A stretch of DNA of 44,219 nucleotides from a virus, in the IMG/VR virus record IMGVR_UViG_3300033757_000175; one strand, written 5' to 3'. Positions 1 through 8,887 of the stretch are shown here, piece after piece. The notes under the pieces are model-generated. The model was not told the DNA's origin and did not search any database. It worked only from the letters and a program-made list of their open reading frames with translations. Position 1 is the stretch's first letter. The number at the start of each line of letters is the position of its first letter. Made by a program: the position numbers and the translations under genes.

Positions 1-55
1 TGGGGAGAAGTCAATGAAAAGGGAATGCCGATCATCAATCATAATTATGTGATTG
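1..55. repeat. Terminal direct repeat; bases 1-55 are identical to 44165-44219 (closure overlap of a circular or circularly permuted genome, unit 44164 bp)
   Basis: Read directly: tggggagaagtcaatgaaaagggaatgccgatcatcaatcataattatgtgattg occurs at both window ends. Confidence 0.95.
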
Positions 56-726
56 GTTGTGATCCTTCCTTGGGTACTGGAAATTCAAATAGCGTAGCCG
101 CTATTCTCGATGTCCACACCCATGATTTGGTTGGGACATGGGTTTGTCCCAATACTCCACCAGAAGAGTTTGCTGACATAGTCGCTGCAATGGCTACAAT
201 TTTTAACAATGCCTATGTCGTTTTTGAAAATAACGGTGGGCATGGAATTAACTTTGGGCGTCGGCTAGTTAAAGATGGTTGTCGTAGAGTATATACCCAA
301 AGAGTTGAAGACGGAAAAACACACAAAACCCAGAATAAATGGGGATGGAACAGTAACCCCAATAGTAAATCTGACCTTTTGTCCGAGCTCGGTATTGCCT
401 TATCAGAAGGATTGAAAACGGAACGCAGTTATACGTCCTGTGTTATCCATGATGAAGAGATTTTGAAAGAACTTCGTAGTTATGTTTTCTACGAAAATGG
501 TGACATTGGTGCCGAAGAGTATCAGGATTTGAAATCTGGTGCCAGAAAACGACACGGAGATAGAGTAATTGCTGTTGGCTTGTGTGTGTTGGGTAGTAAA
601 TATCAGCACAAAGCACCAAAAATTGAAAAAACAACAGTGAATATCGATAGTTTTGAGTATAGGAAAAAACAACTTGAAGAAAAACTAGAGAATGATTCAC
701 GAACAGAGCGAAGGTTTTTGTACTAA
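1..726 (+). CDS. terL: Terminase large subunit, C-terminal (nuclease) part; same ORF as 42893-44219 read across the circular junction (about 665 aa in total)
   Basis: Frame 1 is open from base 1 (WGEVNEKGMPIINHNYVIGCDPS...). It is in frame with the ORF starting at ATG 42893 once 44165 is equated with base 1. Stop TAA 724-726 overlaps the next ATG. Confidence 0.85.
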   Translation, partial: WGEVNEKGMPIINHNYVIGCDPSLGTGNSNSVAAILDVHTHDLVGTWVCPNTPPEEFADIVAAMATIFNNAYVVFENNGGHGINFGRRLVKDGCRRVYTQRVEDGKTHKTQNKWGWNSNPNSKSDLLSELGIALSEGLKTERSYTSCVIHDEEILKELRSYVFYENGDIGAEEYQDLKSGARKRHGDRVIAVGLCVLGSKYQHKAPKIEKTTVNIDSFEYRKKQLEEKLENDSRTERRFLY

Positions 727-2480
727 TGGACAAGAAAGTACTTAATTCAAAAACATCGAAACAGAGTTTTGTTGCCAGATTGCAACAGTTGGTTAAAGTC
801 TGGCAGCAATATGCAAAGCCAGCACTCTCACATAGAAAATCTTTGATTAAGTTGATGGCTTCTGGTTATTTCGATGAGAAGTATAGTCGTTATCATGTAC
901 TTAATCTGATTGATCGTGGAGTTTCTACAATTGTGCCATTTTTGGTTGAAGGCAACCCAAGAGTTTTGGTAGAAACCGATGTGCTTGAATATAAGCCTTG
1001 GGCATATACTACAACTCTGGCTATTAATTATCTTCTAACCAAGATGAATTTTGCCGAAACTGTCCTTATTCCTGCTGCTGTTAACTCTATGTTTGGTGCG
1101 GCAATCACAAGGACTGATTATTACTATGATAGAATTATTTCTCTAGAAGATGAAGTAATCAAACGTGGTACTCCAAGGGTGGAATTGATTGATGACAGTA
1201 ATTATGTCGGTGATCCATCTGCTAGATGTCGCACTAATTTTGTTTTTGAGGGCGATATCTACACTTTGCCTACAGAATATGCCAAAGATTTTTTTGGTAA
1301 GGGAAAAATTAATCCAGATTGGATTACTTCAGACAGTAAATTGTTGACTGATTTTAGTCCTCATGAAATCGATCATCCTGATTTTGATCGAAAAATGTTT
1401 GCATTGAGGGATTATAGTACATTTATCGATCTTTATCTTCGTGATGATAATACTATCATTACAATTATGCCGGAAGGAAAGACGGACAAGATTTTACGTA
1501 CACGGGAGTGGGATGGTCCAGGTGATGGACCTTATGACTATCTAGGTTATCAGTATCTGCCCGAGTCTCCTCTTCCTATTCCTCCGGCTTGGAAGTGGCA
1601 CGACATGGATGTTACTGCTAATTTGGTTGTCGATAAGTTGCGTGAGTTGGTTGAGAATCAGAAGGATTTGATTGGCTATTCGGCAGAATCTGAAGAGGAT
1701 ATCAAGAAAGCTATTAAAGCTCCCAATATTGGTGCTGTCAAGATTGATAGTCCTGATGCTTTTAAGATGATTAGTTTGAATGGAATCAAGGATAGAAGTA
1801 ACTGGGATTATATTAGTTTTATTCTGACTGAGCAGACAAAACAAGGAGCTAATCCTGATGTTTTGGGTGGACGTGGAGCCCAAGCTCCTACATTGGGGCA
1901 AGAGCAGTTGGTTTATAATAACGCTACTCGTATTATTGGCAATATGTATAATCGGTTCCACGGGTTCATGACTTCAATTGTCAAGAAATTGGCATGGACA
2001 TATTGGACTGATCCTACTCTCGAAGTGCCGGTAGTGAAAAATGTGCCTGGGTATGGGCCTTTGCCTGAGGTTTTTGCCCAACCAGATAAAGTTGCAGATT
2101 TTTACGATTTTGTTTTTAAGGTTGTACCGTATAGCACGCAAAGAACATCGCCTGAAATTCAATACCAGAAGATCATGCAGCTTATGTCCCAGTGGGTTCT
2201 GCCTACTCTACAGATTGCAGAGGCTCAGGGTGCCCAGCTTAGTATTCCTGAAGCCACAAAGCTCTTGGCCGATTACAGTGGCATTACAAACTTCAATACG
2301 TTTTATAAAACAATTGTGCCTAAGCCTGGTGAGTCAGTTCCATATCAAATGCAGCCATTTACTAGACGTAGTGAAGGCAAACCAAATATGGGATCGGACG
2401 CATTTGGTACGACACAGGGTAACCAAAATAGTAATTTAAACATGCAACAGGAGCGTACTTCAGATGAAAAAGTTATTTAG
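726..2480 (+). CDS. Portal protein (by position and size)
   Basis: 584-aa ORF coupled to terL by a TAATG overlap, directly upstream of the protease/scaffold/capsid block. No motif-level proof. Confidence 0.7.
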   Translation: MDKKVLNSKTSKQSFVARLQQLVKVWQQYAKPALSHRKSLIKLMASGYFDEKYSRYHVLNLIDRGVSTIVPFLVEGNPRVLVETDVLEYKPWAYTTTLAINYLLTKMNFAETVLIPAAVNSMFGAAITRTDYYYDRIISLEDEVIKRGTPRVELIDDSNYVGDPSARCRTNFVFEGDIYTLPTEYAKDFFGKGKINPDWITSDSKLLTDFSPHEIDHPDFDRKMFALRDYSTFIDLYLRDDNTIITIMPEGKTDKILRTREWDGPGDGPYDYLGYQYLPESPLPIPPAWKWHDMDVTANLVVDKLRELVENQKDLIGYSAESEEDIKKAIKAPNIGAVKIDSPDAFKMISLNGIKDRSNWDYISFILTEQTKQGANPDVLGGRGAQAPTLGQEQLVYNNATRIIGNMYNRFHGFMTSIVKKLAWTYWTDPTLEVPVVKNVPGYGPLPEVFAQPDKVADFYDFVFKVVPYSTQRTSPEIQYQKIMQLMSQWVLPTLQIAEAQGAQLSIPEATKLLADYSGITNFNTFYKTIVPKPGESVPYQMQPFTRRSEGKPNMGSDAFGTTQGNQNSNLNMQQERTSDEKVI

Positions 2481-3183
2481 TATTCTTATTCTCATGGGAC
2501 TGATTGCAGGTTGTGTTCCTAAACCTGTTGTGCAGGGAATTGCAAATCAGGTTGCAAGTGTCCGCAGTACAGTTGTCCATATCGAGAAAGTTGGTAAGTG
2601 CCAGGGTTCAGGATGTATCATCAGTCCAGATGGTATTATCTTTACTGCCAAGCATGTTACTGATGGTGGTGGTAAGTTTATTGTTACTTTGGACGATGGT
2701 ACCAAATATGAGACTGACGTTGCTGTTGAATGCAAAGATTATGACGCGGCCTTCTTGAAGATTAATCCGACCAAGCCACTTAAATATGCCCTACTGGCTA
2801 GAGTGACTGATCTTCGTGTTGGTGATCCTATTTTTATCATGGGCAGTCCCTTTGGTAGTGATAACATCAATTCTGTTAGTCTTGGCATTATCTCGGCCAT
2901 GCAGCGTAATCTTGATGCAGATGTAAACTATGGTTTTGGGTGGCGTGTGACATTTCAGACTGATGCTACTGCTGAGCCAGGCAACTCTGGTGGTCCTGTA
3001 TTCAATCTGAAGGGTGAAGTTGTTGGTGTTCTAGTCGCTGGTATGGATGCTACAGTGAATTATTCCGTTCCTGTTGCTGTTTTTATGTATAATCTGGACG
3101 TTGTTAAACAGTTGTTCAGATTGAATCAATTTGAAATTAAAAACTATAATCCGCCTATGTATATTTGTGAAGTGGAGAACTAG
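2464..3183 (+). CDS. Trypsin/HtrA-like (S1 fold) serine protease with lipoprotein signal peptide
   Basis: N-terminus MKKLFSILILMGLIAGC has a signal peptide plus a lipobox (IAGC). Triad contexts are TAKHV (His), YDAAFLK (Asp) and GNSGGPV (Ser). GGAG lies 10 nt upstream, and the start overlaps the portal 3' end by 17 nt. Confidence 0.8.
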   Translation: MKKLFSILILMGLIAGCVPKPVVQGIANQVASVRSTVVHIEKVGKCQGSGCIISPDGIIFTAKHVTDGGGKFIVTLDDGTKYETDVAVECKDYDAAFLKINPTKPLKYALLARVTDLRVGDPIFIMGSPFGSDNINSVSLGIISAMQRNLDADVNYGFGWRVTFQTDATAEPGNSGGPVFNLKGEVVGVLVAGMDATVNYSVPVAVFMYNLDVVKQLFRLNQFEIKNYNPPMYICEVEN

Positions 3184-3184
3184 A

Positions 3185-3331
3185 ATGCCTCTGAAACGCG
3201 GAACTTCTAAAGAAGTTTTTAGTGAAAATGTAAGAAAAGAGATGGAAGCTGGTAAGTCACAAGAACAAGCTGTGGCAATTGCCTATGCCATGAAGCGAAA
3301 GAGCCTGAAGAGAAAGAAATCCAATGGCTAA
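3185..3331 (+). CDS. Small basic conserved phage protein (MPLKRGTSKE...AGKSQEQAVAIAYAMKRK type)
   Basis: ATG 3185 is preceded by GGAGAACTAGA. I trimmed the ORF-track start (3131) to this SD-led ATG. The sequence pattern is recalled from many phage and bacterial small proteins. Confidence 0.6.
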   Translation: MPLKRGTSKEVFSENVRKEMEAGKSQEQAVAIAYAMKRKSLKRKKSNG

Positions 3332-3581
3332 GAAACAAGCCTTGAAGTCAGGAATGTTAGTTATTGTTCACTGGAATGATATTGCTAGCTATGATTCATG
3401 GATTACTCATGATGATTCGCTAGATTATCCACTAGTAAAAGCAAAATCAGTCGGTTGGGTTGTGAATGATGATGGAGAGATTCTAAGACTGGCAAGCAAT
3501 ATTGCCGAAGATACTCATAACGTTCTTGTTATACCAAAAAGTGTTATTATTAAGGTGGAGAAATTAGATGACGGAGAATAA
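3324..3581 (+). CDS. Hypothetical protein (85 aa)
   Basis: ORF overlaps the upstream gene by 8 nt and is coupled to the next gene by TAATG. Confidence 0.6.
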   Translation: MAKKQALKSGMLVIVHWNDIASYDSWITHDDSLDYPLVKAKSVGWVVNDDGEILRLASNIAEDTHNVLVIPKSVIIKVEKLDDGE

Positions 3582-3841
3582 TGATGTCTCTCTTTTTACG
3601 GCCTTTGCTGATGTTCCTCTCTGGCTTTTTAGTTTGGGGACTCACGTTCGCCCGCAGCTACGCATTCCGAAATGCCTGGACTTCAGTTTTGTGTGGTATT
3701 ATATTTTTGGATGAGTTGATTGGTATCTTTCTAGGAATGTGGTTGGCAAGAGAAGGTTATTGGTATGATGCAGTAGCTGCTGCATTGGGCGGTAGTATTT
3801 CAGCCATGTTAATAATTAAAGTGAATAAGGAAAAGAAATGA
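3581..3841 (+). CDS. Small integral membrane protein (about 3 TM segments)
   Basis: Hydrophobic stretches LFLRPLLMFLSGFLVWGLTF, VLCGIIFLDELIGIFLGMWL and AVAAALGGSISAMLII. TAATG and ATGA coupling at both ends. Confidence 0.6.
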   Translation: MMSLFLRPLLMFLSGFLVWGLTFARSYAFRNAWTSVLCGIIFLDELIGIFLGMWLAREGYWYDAVAAALGGSISAMLIIKVNKEKK

Positions 3842-4203
3842 CTGCATCTGCTAAATGTAATATCGTAGTGGAACTAGATGGATTGAATAAAAATATTCAA
3901 CTGCCTGTGTCTTTTGCCACTACTACAACTCCGACTACGTTTGCCCATTTGCGACAGACTCAATCCACTACTGGTGTCGCTGAAGCTCTCGACATTGGAG
4001 ATGTCACTACTCCATTATTGATTGTAATGGAGTGTATTACCAATGATGTGAATGTGGATACTTCTTTCAATACTAGTTTTAATTCCGAGCTTTTGATAAA
4101 AGAAGGTGAAGCAAGTGTATTTGTTCCAACTGGAACTGTGTATATCAAAAATAATGTTACTGAGGAAGTAAGTACAGTAGAATACCTTGTTATAGGAACC
4201 TAA
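3838..4203 (+). CDS. Hypothetical structural-module protein (121 aa)
   Basis: ATGA overlap with the upstream gene; T/S/V-rich, beta-type composition. Confidence 0.55.
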   Translation: MTASAKCNIVVELDGLNKNIQLPVSFATTTTPTTFAHLRQTQSTTGVAEALDIGDVTTPLLIVMECITNDVNVDTSFNTSFNSELLIKEGEASVFVPTGTVYIKNNVTEEVSTVEYLVIGT

Positions 4204-4204
4204 C

Positions 4205-4570
4205 ATGGCAGATAAAAGTTATAAAATAAATGAAGTTATTGATGTTGTATATCAGCCTGCTAATGCAGTTTCTGGTATTGTTGTGACGATGGATGTTTAT
4301 GATGAAGCTGGGGTTTTGGATTCTGTCCAATCGGGTGCCATGACGGAAATTGGTACTACTGGACGGTACAAAAAGAGTTTTACTCCTGATGCTGAGGGTT
4401 TGTGGCTTGTCCAGGTTAGTGATGCCAACGGTGGTAAGGCTGTAAAAAGCTTTTCTGTAGGCACCACCAATATCAGTGAGATTGGAGCAACTGTCACTAC
4501 TATTAATGCAAAAATTGATGCTGTTCAGGATAGTGTGGATGCACTAAAAAATCCACCTATGTTCGGGTAA
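4205..4570 (+). CDS. Hypothetical structural-module protein (121 aa, beta-sandwich-like composition)
   Basis: ATG lies 2 nt after the upstream stop. The size is the same as its neighbour, but I see no sequence similarity between them. Confidence 0.55.
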   Translation: MADKSYKINEVIDVVYQPANAVSGIVVTMDVYDEAGVLDSVQSGAMTEIGTTGRYKKSFTPDAEGLWLVQVSDANGGKAVKSFSVGTTNISEIGATVTTINAKIDAVQDSVDALKNPPMFG

Positions 4571-4601
4571 ATCCATTACTAATTATTCCATATGGTTAAC
4601 T

Positions 4602-4934
4602 ATGCCTACTTACTCTTATCGATGTGACAAATGTGGATTTAAATTCGATAATATTGTTTGTATCTCACAACGTAACCAGACTCAGAAGTGTCCTGAATGT
4701 TTGGGTCCTGCTTCTCGTGATGTGGAGACCGAAGTCAGAAGTCGTTCTGAAATGAATGAAGATCACCCTCGCTGGTCTTGGAGTATGGGTTGTGCTACTC
4801 CTGAGGAGGGACGTGAACATTTGAAGAAACATCCAGATATCGAATTTAAATTCGGGGATCATGGTCCTGTTCTAGTTCGTAACAGACAAGAAAAACTTAA
4901 ATTGATGAAATATTTTGGCATGGAAGAGTATTAA
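4602..4934 (+). CDS. FmdB/CxxC_CxxC_SSSS-type zinc-ribbon protein
   Basis: N-terminus MPTYSYRCDKCGFKF...QKCPECLG matches the FmdB-family signature (MPxYxYxCxxCg...CPxCg). Confidence 0.65.
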   Translation: MPTYSYRCDKCGFKFDNIVCISQRNQTQKCPECLGPASRDVETEVRSRSEMNEDHPRWSWSMGCATPEEGREHLKKHPDIEFKFGDHGPVLVRNRQEKLKLMKYFGMEEY

Positions 4935-4944
4935 GGAGACAGAT

Positions 4945-5298
4945 ATGAATAAGTTGATTGATTTGAATGATGCTCCTTGCAGTGTTTGCAAAGCTGAGTT
5001 TCTTAAGACTGATTTGGATGAAGTTGGAAGATGCAAAGTTTGTGCTGAACGCAATCTCCAACCTGGCTTCAAAACTGAACAGGAATTTGTCCAGAAAGAT
5101 ACTTTGTCTAAAGATAAAATCAAAGAGATTATCAAAGAAGTTCTTGCCGAATTGAGAGCCGAGGAGAGTGAGGCAGATGATTTGTCCGAAGATGGAGTGA
5201 CTTATAAATCCAAGAAATGTGTGAAGTGTGGAAAAGATTTTGTTCCGCGTGCTCCTGCTGCCAAAGTTTGTGATGATTGCAGAGAAGCAGTTAAATAA
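4945..5298 (+). CDS. Double zinc-ribbon protein (117 aa)
   Basis: ATG 4945 preceded by AAGGAGACAGAT. Motifs CSVCK...CKVC and CVKCG...CDDC. ORF-track start 4915 trimmed. Confidence 0.6.
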   Translation: MNKLIDLNDAPCSVCKAEFLKTDLDEVGRCKVCAERNLQPGFKTEQEFVQKDTLSKDKIKEIIKEVLAELRAEESEADDLSEDGVTYKSKKCVKCGKDFVPRAPAAKVCDDCREAVK

Positions 5299-5318
5299 TA
5301 AGTTCAAGGAGACAGAGA

Positions 5319-6278
5319 ATGCCTGAGGAACTCCCAACTACCGAATCGATTGAGACTACTCAAACTACTGAAACTGATGTTGTGGATAATACTACTCTTC
5401 CAGCTGATGTTGTCGAGCCTGAGAAGATTTCTGATGAAGAGAAACCCTCTGCTGAGAATAAAGAATCTTTTATCAGCAAGATGAAGGAAAAAATTTTTGG
5501 AAAGAAAGAAGATACGAAGGAAGTAGTTCAGCCTGAATTTGAGGAAGATATCTCCGATAAATTTACTGAAGCAGCTATCAAAATAGGCTGGACTGAAGAT
5601 CAGATCATTGAATTTGCTAGTAAGTATAGCAATAAAGAACTGGAGGAATTGATTCCACAACTGCAAGCTGAAACAAAATTGGAGGACGAGCCTACCGAAG
5701 AACCTAAAGAAAAGACTGTAACAGAAACATTGGAATTGGATGACGAGAAACTAAGGCCTTATCTGGAGAAAATTGAGAAAGCCATAGAAGCCAAGTACCA
5801 GGAGAAAATCGGAAAGATCGAGAATAGCTTGAAAACTGCCGAACAGGATAGGTCTGCAAAAGAAGCTCGTCAGTATCAAATTACTGCTGATGAGTTCTTT
5901 GACGCCGCTTCTAAAGACTTTCCAGTCTTTGGAAAAACTAGTGAATTGCCTAGATTTCCCAAAGGCACAGCCAATGCCGGGAAGATTGTTCCCAAGGGTG
6001 AAGCGTTCGAAGCACGTAATGCCGTGTGGCAAGTTGCTGTGAAACTTCATCAGGCTGGCAGTAACTGGAATGATGCTCTAAGTGATGCTTTAGCTTGGTA
6101 TAAAGGCAAAAATATGGAAAAGGATGTTCGTAGTAAGGTGATAAGGGACTTGAAGAAACAAGAAATGCGGCTAAGTCCCAAGCGATCTGAGCATACTATG
6201 GAAACAAAATATGCTACAGAGGAGGAAAAACGACGTGCTTTGATTGATAATATTGCTCGTCGCGCAGGGATTAGCTAA
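5319..6278 (+). CDS. Scaffolding protein candidate
   Basis: 319 aa, very acidic N-terminus and E/K-rich helical composition, immediately upstream of the capsid gene. AAGGAGACAGAGA precedes the ATG. Confidence 0.55.
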   Translation: MPEELPTTESIETTQTTETDVVDNTTLPADVVEPEKISDEEKPSAENKESFISKMKEKIFGKKEDTKEVVQPEFEEDISDKFTEAAIKIGWTEDQIIEFASKYSNKELEELIPQLQAETKLEDEPTEEPKEKTVTETLELDDEKLRPYLEKIEKAIEAKYQEKIGKIENSLKTAEQDRSAKEARQYQITADEFFDAASKDFPVFGKTSELPRFPKGTANAGKIVPKGEAFEARNAVWQVAVKLHQAGSNWNDALSDALAWYKGKNMEKDVRSKVIRDLKKQEMRLSPKRSEHTMETKYATEEEKRRALIDNIARRAGIS

Positions 6279-6293
6279 ATTAGGAGTTAATTT

Positions 6294-7388
6294 ATGAGTG
6301 ATGTTGTTACCCTTCAACAGGCAGTTGATTTTACTAATGGTACTCTTCAGCATATCCAGTCTAAGAAACCGGCCAATACATTCTTGTACAGCACTTATGC
6401 GGTTTTTAACACTTTCTGGAAAAATGCCGTCAAGATTCGTGGTGGAAAGTACATTGAGGACCATGTGAATCTCGGCAGCGAAGGCAATGCTAAACATGCC
6501 GGGCTGTGGGATGAGGATACCCACAATGTGGTCAATATCGAGAAGAAATATCGTACGGATTGGGTTCATAGTACGACTAACTTCTCGTATAACCTGATTG
6601 AGGCCGATCTCAACCGTGGCGGTCTTGAGGAAATCTTCGACATGGTTGAGAACAAGTATGATAACATGTGTAGAGAGTGGGTGGATGATATTTTTGTCAA
6701 GTTGTTCTCTACTCCGGCTAACTCTGATGATGTTCTGACGCCTATTGGTGTTAGTGGCTGGTTGCCTCTCGGTACTGATAATTCTACTGGTGGTTGGACT
6801 GGTTATACTGCCAAGTATGGTGATGGCACTTCGTTTAACGTTGGTGGCTTGGCCTGTAGTTCCACTGTTAATCCGCTTTGGGCTAGTTATTATGCTGACC
6901 ACAATGGGCAGATTGATGACAGCCTGTTCCTGATTCTGTTCAAGGCTATGCAGCGGTTGACCTTCCGCGGTCCGCAGACCCCTAAGGTGTTGGATTTGAA
7001 TACCGATGGGTATTCTCCTGCCTTTAGTATGTATACGTCTTTGAATGTGCAGGCTCAGACCGCTCAGTTGTATGCCAAAGCTGACGATCAAATGGGTTTC
7101 AGACCGCAGGTTCATTATGGCGTTCCGCACTTCATGAACATTCCTCTTGAGTATGTTCCTATTTTGGATACTGCGGATACTAATCGCTACGGTATTGATC
7201 CTATTTTTGGGATTAACCATAACTTGATTTATCCTATCGTGCATAGCGCTTGGAACTTCAAGATTTCTGAGCCGGTGAATCGTGCGGCTGGTGGTCAGCA
7301 CCTTGTGATGACGGTGTACGGTGATCTTGAATATTGCATTCATGGTCGCAATCGTCGTCATGCTGGATTCCTGATTTCGCAGCAGTAA
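6294..7388 (+). CDS. Major capsid protein candidate
   Basis: 364-aa ORF with a strong SD (TAGGAGTTAATTT-ATG), in canonical order portal-protease-scaffold-capsid. The 396-aa antisense ORF is rejected. Confidence 0.65.
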   Translation: MSDVVTLQQAVDFTNGTLQHIQSKKPANTFLYSTYAVFNTFWKNAVKIRGGKYIEDHVNLGSEGNAKHAGLWDEDTHNVVNIEKKYRTDWVHSTTNFSYNLIEADLNRGGLEEIFDMVENKYDNMCREWVDDIFVKLFSTPANSDDVLTPIGVSGWLPLGTDNSTGGWTGYTAKYGDGTSFNVGGLACSSTVNPLWASYYADHNGQIDDSLFLILFKAMQRLTFRGPQTPKVLDLNTDGYSPAFSMYTSLNVQAQTAQLYAKADDQMGFRPQVHYGVPHFMNIPLEYVPILDTADTNRYGIDPIFGINHNLIYPIVHSAWNFKISEPVNRAAGGQHLVMTVYGDLEYCIHGRNRRHAGFLISQQ

Positions 7389-7480
7389 GTTATTAGGTAA
7401 CAGTAGAAGTATGCACAGTAATGATACCGTAGGCTTGTTGCCTATTGACTTCTAATGTTACGTTTATAGAAAGGTTAATT

Positions 7481-8650
7481 ATGAGCAATGAGACTAAAGT
7501 GCAGTATGGATTGAATCCTCGCAGGGAGCGGCATCGGGTATTGTATACTAACGCTTCTGGGTCTACCAAGACCATCTATGAAGGCGAGCCTATGTGTTTT
7601 AATTACGACACTACGGCTAACCTTACTGGCTATAGTAAAAGTGAGGGTGGTGAGGTCGATTGCCAGACTGACCCCAACACGACTGCTGAAGGATATCAGA
7701 ATGAGGGTAAATACCTTCGGGTTGAAAATCCGAACGATCTCAATCTTCAGTGGTTTGCAGGAGTTGTTGCTCCTGGTTCATGGGTTGGTCAGACTGTGGC
7801 TAATGGAGCTAGTCTGTTTCTTGAACTTTATGCTCCTAATGGGGCAATCGTTCCTGTTCGCAGTTCAGTGTACAGCACAGTAGGACAAACGCTGCTTGCA
7901 ATCACTGATTCCTCGCAGACTTTCTCTAGTCCGCTGTATGCTAGTTCCACTAGTAGCTGCGTTGTCGTTGCTATCGCCGAGGAAACTGTTGATCGTAGTT
8001 CTACTAATGGCCTGTGTCTAGCTAAGTTGCATTCCCCCGAAGCAATGGCTAACCTTGGTGTCGGTGTCAGTTCTACTACCCAGTTGCTGGTTGGTACTGG
8101 TACATCGAGTGGCACTCTGATTCCGTTCAAGATGATGGTCAAGTCTGACCAGACCGGCGGCGATATGAGCGTTCTTCGTGTGCGTGGCGAAGCCGGTGGC
8201 GCTGGCATGAATATGGGTCTTGGTGCAATCAGAGCAGAAGGCGTTGTGAACGCTAACGTGGCTCATACTGGTAGTTATGATGCAGATGTGTGTGCTATTG
8301 CTGCTCACACTATTGTTAAGACTGGCTGTACCCCTGCTGCTGGAACTAACTTGACCGGTGGTTATTTCAAATTTGAGAATCAGGATGCAACTCCCGGTGA
8401 TGTGGCCAACTCCAATGTGTCGGCTGCTACGTTTGTTCTTCAGAACAATGATGCTCCTACTTTGAGTACTCAGATGCGGTTTGTCAATCAGGGTTCTGAT
8501 ACTCCCGATGCATGGTTTACCGCTGATAGTGCTGCGGCTATTGCTATGCAGACTGCGGACACTACGTTTACGCCTCATTGGGGTGGTTCCATTACTATTA
8601 AAGTTGCTGGCACCACGTATCATATTCCGGTCTTGGCTGACCTTAACTAA
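7481..8650 (+). CDS. Virion structural protein (second capsid-associated or decoration protein candidate)
   Basis: 389 aa, A/G/S/T-rich, directly after the capsid gene. Start trimmed from the TTG at 7445 to ATG 7481. Confidence 0.5.
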   Translation: MSNETKVQYGLNPRRERHRVLYTNASGSTKTIYEGEPMCFNYDTTANLTGYSKSEGGEVDCQTDPNTTAEGYQNEGKYLRVENPNDLNLQWFAGVVAPGSWVGQTVANGASLFLELYAPNGAIVPVRSSVYSTVGQTLLAITDSSQTFSSPLYASSTSSCVVVAIAEETVDRSSTNGLCLAKLHSPEAMANLGVGVSSTTQLLVGTGTSSGTLIPFKMMVKSDQTGGDMSVLRVRGEAGGAGMNMGLGAIRAEGVVNANVAHTGSYDADVCAIAAHTIVKTGCTPAAGTNLTGGYFKFENQDATPGDVANSNVSAATFVLQNNDAPTLSTQMRFVNQGSDTPDAWFTADSAAAIAMQTADTTFTPHWGGSITIKVAGTTYHIPVLADLN

Positions 8651-8668
8651 TGTTTAGTGGAGACAGAG

Positions 8669-8830
8669 ATGGTTATTAAGGTTGATGCACAGGGTCGTGA
8701 AATGATTAAGCAGCTTTGTGATATCGCTCTTCGTCATGGCGGTATTGCCAATCTGCAAGGCGTGATGATGATTGTTAATAGTATGGAAACTATTGTTGAA
8801 GATGAAGTCAAGACAGATGCAAAGGAATAA
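8669..8830 (+). CDS. Small hypothetical protein (53 aa), absent from the ORF track (below its size cut-off)
   Basis: GGAGACAGAG-ATG start. Translation MVIKVDAQGREMIKQLCDIALRHGGIANLQGVMMIVNSMETIVEDEVKTDAKE, followed by a terminator hairpin. Confidence 0.5.
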   Translation: MVIKVDAQGREMIKQLCDIALRHGGIANLQGVMMIVNSMETIVEDEVKTDAKE

Positions 8831-8845
8831 TCTGTCTCCTTGTTG

Positions 8846-8867
8846 GTGGGGGAGCCTTCTCCCCCAC
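8846..8867 (+). terminator. Stem-loop after the capsid block (partial terminator or mRNA-stabilising hairpin)
   Basis: GTGGGGGAG-cctt-CTCCCCCAC, a perfect 9-bp GC-rich stem. The downstream T tract is weak (tgacttta). Confidence 0.5.
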
Positions 8868-8887
8868 TGACTTTATAGGGTATATGA

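Noticed and set aside
6171-7361. 396-aa minus-strand ORF antisense to the capsid gene (also 7828-8208, 8018-8623, 19847-20272, 16049-16483 and similar antisense ORFs)
   Set aside because: They lie antisense to strongly supported, SD-led late genes. They have low-complexity or R/S/I-rich translations, no SD, and no place in the operon structure.
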